This document shows, in pieces, positions 32,635-37,524 of a stretch of 37,524 nucleotides of DNA. Both the position numbers and the translations under genes were made by a program. Numbering within the stretch: position 1 is the stretch's first letter; every line of letters begins with the position of its first letter. The notes under the pieces are model-generated. The model saw nothing but the letters and a program-made list of their open reading frames with translations, was not told the origin of the DNA and did not search any database. The DNA is from an uncultured Actinomyces sp. GTDB lineage: Bacteria; Actinomycetota; Actinomycetes; S36-B12. Where the stretch lies: positions 1 through 37,524 of the forward strand of contig CAYGMM010000006.1 of assembly GCA_964351035.1 (NCBI GenBank), given 5' to 3'.

Positions 32635-33672
32635 CTACTCAGGAACCCGCACGACCACTTTCATGGCCGCGGGATCCTGCCGTGAGTAGGTGAGCGCCTG
32701 CTCGACCTCGTCGAGGCTGAACGTCTTCGAGACCAGCGCATCCAGATCGATCGCGCCGGAAGACACCAGAGCCACCGCGGTCGGATAGGTGTGCGCGTAG
32801 CGGAACGTCCCGGTGATCCACAATTCGCGACCCTGGATGACACCGAACGGCATCTCCACCATCGCCGTGGGCGACATGCCGACGAGGACGACGGTGCCGG
32901 CCGGAGCAACGCACCGGATGCCATCAACGATCGCCGGAGCGGCCCCGCTGCACTCGATGAGAACGTCGGCCTCCACCACGTCGGGCAGGGACTGCGTGCG
33001 GGAGTCAACGATGTCGAAGCCGAGTTCGGCGGCGCGTGCGAGGCGTTGTGGGTTCACATCGCTGAGCGTGATCTCGGTGGCGCCGTTCGCCCGCGCCACC
33101 AGCGCGACCATGACACCGACCGGTCCGGCTCCGGTGATAAGCAGCCGCGTACCTAGTCGGACATTGCCCTTCTGGCAGGCCCAGACACCGACGGAGAGCG
33201 GCTCGAGGAGCGCGGCAGCATCGAACGACACGCTGTCGGGTACCGGGTGCACGAAGGCGCGCGGCAGGGTGACGTACTCCGTGAAGGCCCCATCGATCGG
33301 CGGCGTAGCGAAGAAGCGCACGTCGGGGCACAGGTTGTAGCGGCCGGATCGACACTGCTCGCAGGTCCCGCAGGGAACGCCCGGTTCCATCGCCACGCGG
33401 TCGCCGATCGACAGGTCAGTAACACCATCTCCCAGCGCGACGACCTCACCGGATGCCTCATGGCCGAGGATGAGCGGCGTCTCCACGACGAAGTCGGCGA
33501 TGCGGCCATGTTCGAAGTAGTGGATGTCACTGCCGCAGATCCCCACCGATCGCACGCGGATGAGTACCTCTCCCGGTTGGGGGGCGGGTACCGGACGCTG
33601 TTCGACATGCAACTGCAGGTCCGTATCCAGCACGCTGGCGCGCTGCATGGCGGGGACTTCGAAGACTCCCAC
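32635..33672 (-). CDS. Zn-dependent polyol (sorbitol/xylitol-type) dehydrogenase
   Basis: GICGSDIHY, GHEASG, CxxCxxC-x7-C, EPLSVG, GAGPVG and GTFRY motifs. AGGAG SD before the GTG at 33672. Confidence 0.9.
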   Translation of the reverse strand: MGVFEVPAMQRASVLDTDLQLHVEQRPVPAPQPGEVLIRVRSVGICGSDIHYFEHGRIADFVVETPLILGHEASGEVVALGDGVTDLSIGDRVAMEPGVPCGTCEQCRSGRYNLCPDVRFFATPPIDGAFTEYVTLPRAFVHPVPDSVSFDAAALLEPLSVGVWACQKGNVRLGTRLLITGAGPVGVMVALVARANGATEITLSDVNPQRLARAAELGFDIVDSRTQSLPDVVEADVLIECSGAAPAIVDGIRCVAPAGTVVLVGMSPTAMVEMPFGVIQGRELWITGTFRYAHTYPTAVALVSSGAIDLDALVSKTFSLDEVEQALTYSRQDPAAMKVVVRVPE

Positions 33673-33743
33673 GGTGGACTCCTATCTAGCCACGACGCAT
33701 GACGAATTGGCGGCGTGTGTCCCGCCAGTATGCCGGGAGCGAC

Positions 33744-34601
33744 TCACCCCAAGGCCGCGAGTGCGGTCAGCGTCTCGGTGACACGCCGCCGCAGTGGCTC
33801 TGCTACTGCGATCAACGCGCGTTGCTCCGCGGCGTACTCCTGTCGTCCCTCCGGCGTTTCAACGGGGATGGGCTCCAGGCCGAAGCGACGGACGTCGTAC
33901 GGCGAAGACCGCATATCGAGTTCGCGTGCTCGGGCCGCGACCAGGAAACAGTCGAAGACCAGATCGGACGGGACCAGCGGGGAGAACCAGAAGGCGTACT
34001 TGTATAGATCCATGGCGGCATGCACGCACCCCGGCTGCTCGTTGTCCGCCTGTGTCGCCCGCGTCGGGACGATGGTGTTGAGGGGTACCGCCGGAGGCGT
34101 GAAGAAGCGATACGCGTCGAGGTGCGTGCATCGCAAGCCGACGTCCTCGACCGTCTGCGCGACGACGTCAGGCGAGACACGGAGCGGAAGGTAGGCATGC
34201 CGCAACTCCTCCTGCGAGAGCCGGTAGGTCATCGCCCATTCGTGCAACGCGAAACATCCGCGCACTGCCGGACGATCCGCCGTCGCCCGCAGAATCGCGA
34301 TCGTCTGCTCGAGTCGCTCCCGGCGGGGCTCCAGCCACCCGATGTCGGCCGTGGCGCCATCACCGGTCTCGCGGTAGCCGGTGAGCGCGAGGTAGCGCCC
34401 GGACTCCGGACCCTCCAGGACGATGCCGTAGCCCGGATGCCAGGTCGCGAGTTTGCTCGGTGAGTACGGGTAGTAGTCGAAGAGGAAGTCTTCGACGGCG
34501 TTCTTCTCACCGCGGGGGGCCCGCTCCCGTCGCCCTGCGATCCACGGCTCGACGCGCGCGGAATACGCCTGCGCGAGCGGAACCCACTCCTCGGGCCGCA
34601 T
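33744..34601 (-). CDS. Conserved actinobacterial hypothetical protein (family often labelled '3-methyladenine DNA glycosylase'; function unverified)
   Basis: VEDFLFDYY, GCFALHEWAM, CTHLDAYRFFT, EQPGCVHAAMDLYK and ARELDMRSSPYD motifs. Family label is from recall. Confidence 0.75.
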   Translation of the reverse strand: MRPEEWVPLAQAYSARVEPWIAGRRERAPRGEKNAVEDFLFDYYPYSPSKLATWHPGYGIVLEGPESGRYLALTGYRETGDGATADIGWLEPRRERLEQTIAILRATADRPAVRGCFALHEWAMTYRLSQEELRHAYLPLRVSPDVVAQTVEDVGLRCTHLDAYRFFTPPAVPLNTIVPTRATQADNEQPGCVHAAMDLYKYAFWFSPLVPSDLVFDCFLVAARARELDMRSSPYDVRRFGLEPIPVETPEGRQEYAAEQRALIAVAEPLRRRVTETLTALAALG

Positions 34602-34603
34602 GG

Positions 34604-35488
34604 CTACGCCGGGCGAGGCACGCCCGCGGCGTCGAGTTCGGCGATGATCTGTTCGTACCGCTCATCGATGCGTCGCGCCGTTGCCTCGTCGTAGTCCCGC
34701 CGCCAGCGCCCCACGTGCGCCTGGTGCGGCAGCACCTTTGCATCGAACCACTCGCGCATGCGTCGGTCATCGCGCAGATCGAGCCCGTGCAGGATCCGCT
34801 GCAGGGTCCCCTCGCGATCGGTCACGGCCAACTCATGGAGGTCCACGCGGATCACGGTGTCGGGCGGGCAGGCCTGTTCGGCGCGCCAAGCCTCGATCAT
34901 GCGCTCCCGCCAGGCCTCGAGTGCCTCGAAGACATCGGCGGGGCCGAAGGGCTTGGAGACGAACGACGCGGCAACGTCGCGGCCATCCCGCATCATGTGG
35001 ACGACCCGTCCCTCGGGGAAGAGCGCGAGCACGCGATCGGCGGCCCGGGCATTGGCCGGCGTCGTGTCGACCCAGCGACCGTCCGGATCTCGCCGGACGT
35101 GCGAGGAGACGACCGTTTCGACGAACCGACGCGAGGCGGCGTACGGATCATCGGCAAACTCACGGACGTAGACATCGCAGACCTGCTGCATCGCGTCACG
35201 ATCGAACCGGCGGAAGAGCCCCGACGTGGCCCCGGATGGCTTGGTGCGTAGGTACCAGTGCTCCCACAGGTTGGTGACCACCTGCTGTGGCGTCACCCGA
35301 CCGGCGTAGGCGTCGGCCACTCCCCCGGTGGAGGCAACGAACCGCAGCTCGCGCGGGTTCGTCGATCCGACATCGCGGTGATGGCCGAGCAGACGGCCGG
35401 CGATCGTCGTACCGCTGCGGCCGGTGCCGCCGACGAAGATCGGTCGATTCGGGGCGTCGCGGACGACGACCTCGGTCAGATCCTTCAC
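34604..35488 (-). CDS. PAPS-dependent sulfotransferase family protein
   Basis: 5'-PSB-like [19 protein letters not shown], 3'-PB-like [12 protein letters not shown] and C-terminal VGRWR. GTG overlaps the secA TGA. Confidence 0.85.
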   Translation of the reverse strand: MKDLTEVVVRDAPNRPIFVGGTGRSGTTIAGRLLGHHRDVGSTNPRELRFVASTGGVADAYAGRVTPQQVVTNLWEHWYLRTKPSGATSGLFRRFDRDAMQQVCDVYVREFADDPYAASRRFVETVVSSHVRRDPDGRWVDTTPANARAADRVLALFPEGRVVHMMRDGRDVAASFVSKPFGPADVFEALEAWRERMIEAWRAEQACPPDTVIRVDLHELAVTDREGTLQRILHGLDLRDDRRMREWFDAKVLPHQAHVGRWRRDYDEATARRIDERYEQIIAELDAAGVPRPA

Positions 35489-37524
35489 TGCCGCTTGCGG
35501 TTGGCCCGCTGGGCGCGACGCCGCTCGGCGCGGCTGGCGTTGGGATCGACCTCGATCTCCTCACCGTCGCTGGCCAACTCCTCGTGGGTCACACCACCAC
35601 TCTCGGAGGGAGCGGAGTACTCCAGACGCTGCGGTCGCTGCGGACCGAGGCCGGGCGCGGTGACCTTGGGCGCGGTCTTGGGCGCCGCCTGCACCGCCGC
35701 GGCGAGCGACTGCACCGCCGCGCTGGCAGTGGCGTCCTCGACCGCTTCGGCCGCCTCAGCGGCCTCTTCGGACACCGGTGCGGGCGTTTGGACCTCGACG
35801 TGGAAGAGGAACCCGACGGTCTCCTCCTTGATGCTGTCCATCATCGCGTTGAAGAGTTCGTAGCCCTCGCGCTGGTACTCGATCAGCGGATCACGCTGAG
35901 CCATGGCCCGCAGGCCGATGCCGTCGCGCAGGTAGTCCATCTCGTACAGGTGCTCGCGCCACTTGCGATCCAGCACGGACAAGATGACGCGGCGTTCGAG
36001 TTCACGCGTGACCTCGACGCCGAGGTCCGCCTCACGTTGGTCATAGGCAAGGTGGATGTCGTTGGTGAGTTCCTCGATCAGGAACTCCGACGACAGGCCG
36101 GCTCGGCCACCCCCGGACTGCTCCTCGAGTTCCTCCACGGTGACGTCAACCGGGTAGAGCTGGCTGAGCGCCGTCCACAGTTGGTCGAGGTCCCAACTCT
36201 CGGGGTAGCCCTCAGCCGTAGCGCTGACGACATAGCCGGTAACAACGTCGTCCATGAAGGAGCGCACCTGCTCGTGAATGTCCGCACCCTCGAGGACCTG
36301 TCGACGCTCGTCGTAGACGACCAGGCGCTGACGGTTGAGGACATCGTCGTACTTCAGGACGTCCTTGCGAATCTCGAAGTTCTGCGCCTCGACGTTGGTC
36401 TGCGCCGACCGGATCGCGTTGGTGACCATCTTGGCTTCGATGGGTACGTCGTCCGGGACGTTGAACCGGCGCAGGAACGCATCGACCATGTCGGCCTTGA
36501 ACAGGCGCATGAGGTCGTCCTCGAGCGAGAGGTAGAAGCGCGTCTCACCCGGGTCGCCCTGGCGGCCGGAGCGGCCACGCAACTGGTTGTCGATACGGCG
36601 GGACTCGTGCCGCTCGGTGCCGAGGACATAGAGGCCACCGAGTTCGATGACCTCCTCGTGCTCGGTGCGCACCGAGTCCTCGGCCGCCTTGAGCGCCTCG
36701 GGCCATGCGGCTTCATAGGCCTCGGGGTCCTCGACCGGGTCGAGTCCGCGGCGCTCCAACTCCTGCGCGGCCCGGAACTCGGTGTTGCCACCGAGCATGA
36801 TGTCGGTGCCGCGACCGGCCATGTTGGTGGCGACGGTCACCGCACCCTTGCGGCCGGCCTCGGCGACGATGGCCGCCTCGCGCTCGTTGTTCTTCGCGTT
36901 GAGGACCTCGTGTTTGACGCCCCGCTTCTTCAACTCATGTGAGATGAGTTCGCTCTTCTCGACACTGGTGGTGCCCACGAGGATGGGCTGACCAAGGGCG
37001 TGCCGCTCCTCGATGTCATCAACCACCGCGGCGTACTTGGCGGCTTCGGTGCGGTACACCAGATCCGGCTCATCCAAACGCACCATCGGTCGGTTGGTCG
37101 GGATCGGCACCACGCCGAGCGTGTAGATCTGCTGGAACTCCGCCGCCTCGGTCATAGCCGTGCCGGTCATGCCGGCCAGCTTGTCGTAGAGACGGAAATA
37201 GTTCTGCAGCGTGACGGTGGCCAGAGTCTGGTTCTCCGCCTTGATCTCGACGTTCTCCTTGGCCTCGATCGCCTGATGCAGACCCTCGTTGTATCGGCGT
37301 CCCTTCAACAGGCGGCCGGTGTGCTCATCGACGATGAGGATCTCGCCCTCGAGGATGACGTAGTCCTTGTCACGCTTGAACAGTTCTTTTGCGCGAATGG
37401 CGTTGTTCAAGAAGCCGACCAGCGGGGTGTTCACCGTGTCGTAGAGGTTGTCGATGCCGAGTTGATCCTCGACCTTGTCGATCGCAGCCTCGAGTACGCC
37501 GATGGTCTTCTTCTTCTCGTCGAC
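35485..37524 (-). CDS. secA: Preprotein translocase ATPase SecA (5' part outside the window)
   Basis: [59 protein letters not shown] and [10 protein letters not shown] motifs. The frame stays open to the window edge. Confidence 0.98.
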   Translation of the reverse strand, partial: VDEKKKTIGVLEAAIDKVEDQLGIDNLYDTVNTPLVGFLNNAIRAKELFKRDKDYVILEGEILIVDEHTGRLLKGRRYNEGLHQAIEAKENVEIKAENQTLATVTLQNYFRLYDKLAGMTGTAMTEAAEFQQIYTLGVVPIPTNRPMVRLDEPDLVYRTEAAKYAAVVDDIEERHALGQPILVGTTSVEKSELISHELKKRGVKHEVLNAKNNEREAAIVAEAGRKGAVTVATNMAGRGTDIMLGGNTEFRAAQELERRGLDPVEDPEAYEAAWPEALKAAEDSVRTEHEEVIELGGLYVLGTERHESRRIDNQLRGRSGRQGDPGETRFYLSLEDDLMRLFKADMVDAFLRRFNVPDDVPIEAKMVTNAIRSAQTNVEAQNFEIRKDVLKYDDVLNRQRLVVYDERRQVLEGADIHEQVRSFMDDVVTGYVVSATAEGYPESWDLDQLWTALSQLYPVDVTVEELEEQSGGGRAGLSSEFLIEELTNDIHLAYDQREADLGVEVTRELERRVILSVLDRKWREHLYEMDYLRDGIGLRAMAQRDPLIEYQREGYELFNAMMDSIKEETVGFLFHVEVQTPAPVSEEAAEAAEAVEDATASAAVQSLAAAVQAAPKTAPKVTAPGLGPQRPQRLEYSAPSESGGVTHEELASDGEEIEVDPNASRAERRRAQRANRKRQ

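Noticed and set aside
35287-36942. 551-aa plus-strand ORF opposite secA
   Set aside because: Antisense shadow of a conserved gene.

Overview
High-GC actinobacterial chromosomal segment, almost fully coding and mostly housekeeping. From left to right it carries the conserved blocks eno-mazG-SurA-like lipoprotein-mfd; cysQ-like-pth-rplY-prs-glmU-tRNA-Gln; a fatty-acid desaturase with a TetR regulator; ispE-rsmA-tatD-metG-rsmI with a divergent protein O-mannosyltransferase; tRNA-Ala-GlpR/SepX-like-rimJ-like-moaC-moeA/glp-galU with a divergent 5-formyl-THF cyclo-ligase; and a CIRCE-preceded FmdB zinc-ribbon gene followed by a SAF-domain gene and mscL. Three accessory-looking inserts interrupt this backbone: a Cys-rich secreted orphan next to tRNA-Ala, an ABC exporter coupled to two Fluc genes, and a metabolic block between mscL and secA (class-III aminotransferase, saccharopine-dehydrogenase-like protein, diaminopropionate ammonia-lyase, polyol dehydrogenase, Cys/His hypothetical, sulfotransferase). 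secA runs off the right edge. I found no integrase, transposase, CRISPR array or rRNA. The most notable observations are: an aminotransferase whose C-terminus looks like a fused actinobacterial 'PPHH' microprotein; a sulfotransferase and a Cys/His protein coupled directly behind secA; a 6x17-bp tandem repeat built on a stop codon; an L25 lacking the CTC beta domain with a structured leader; and many leaderless or back-to-back promoters. All functional calls come from motif recognition and recalled synteny; no database searches were run.
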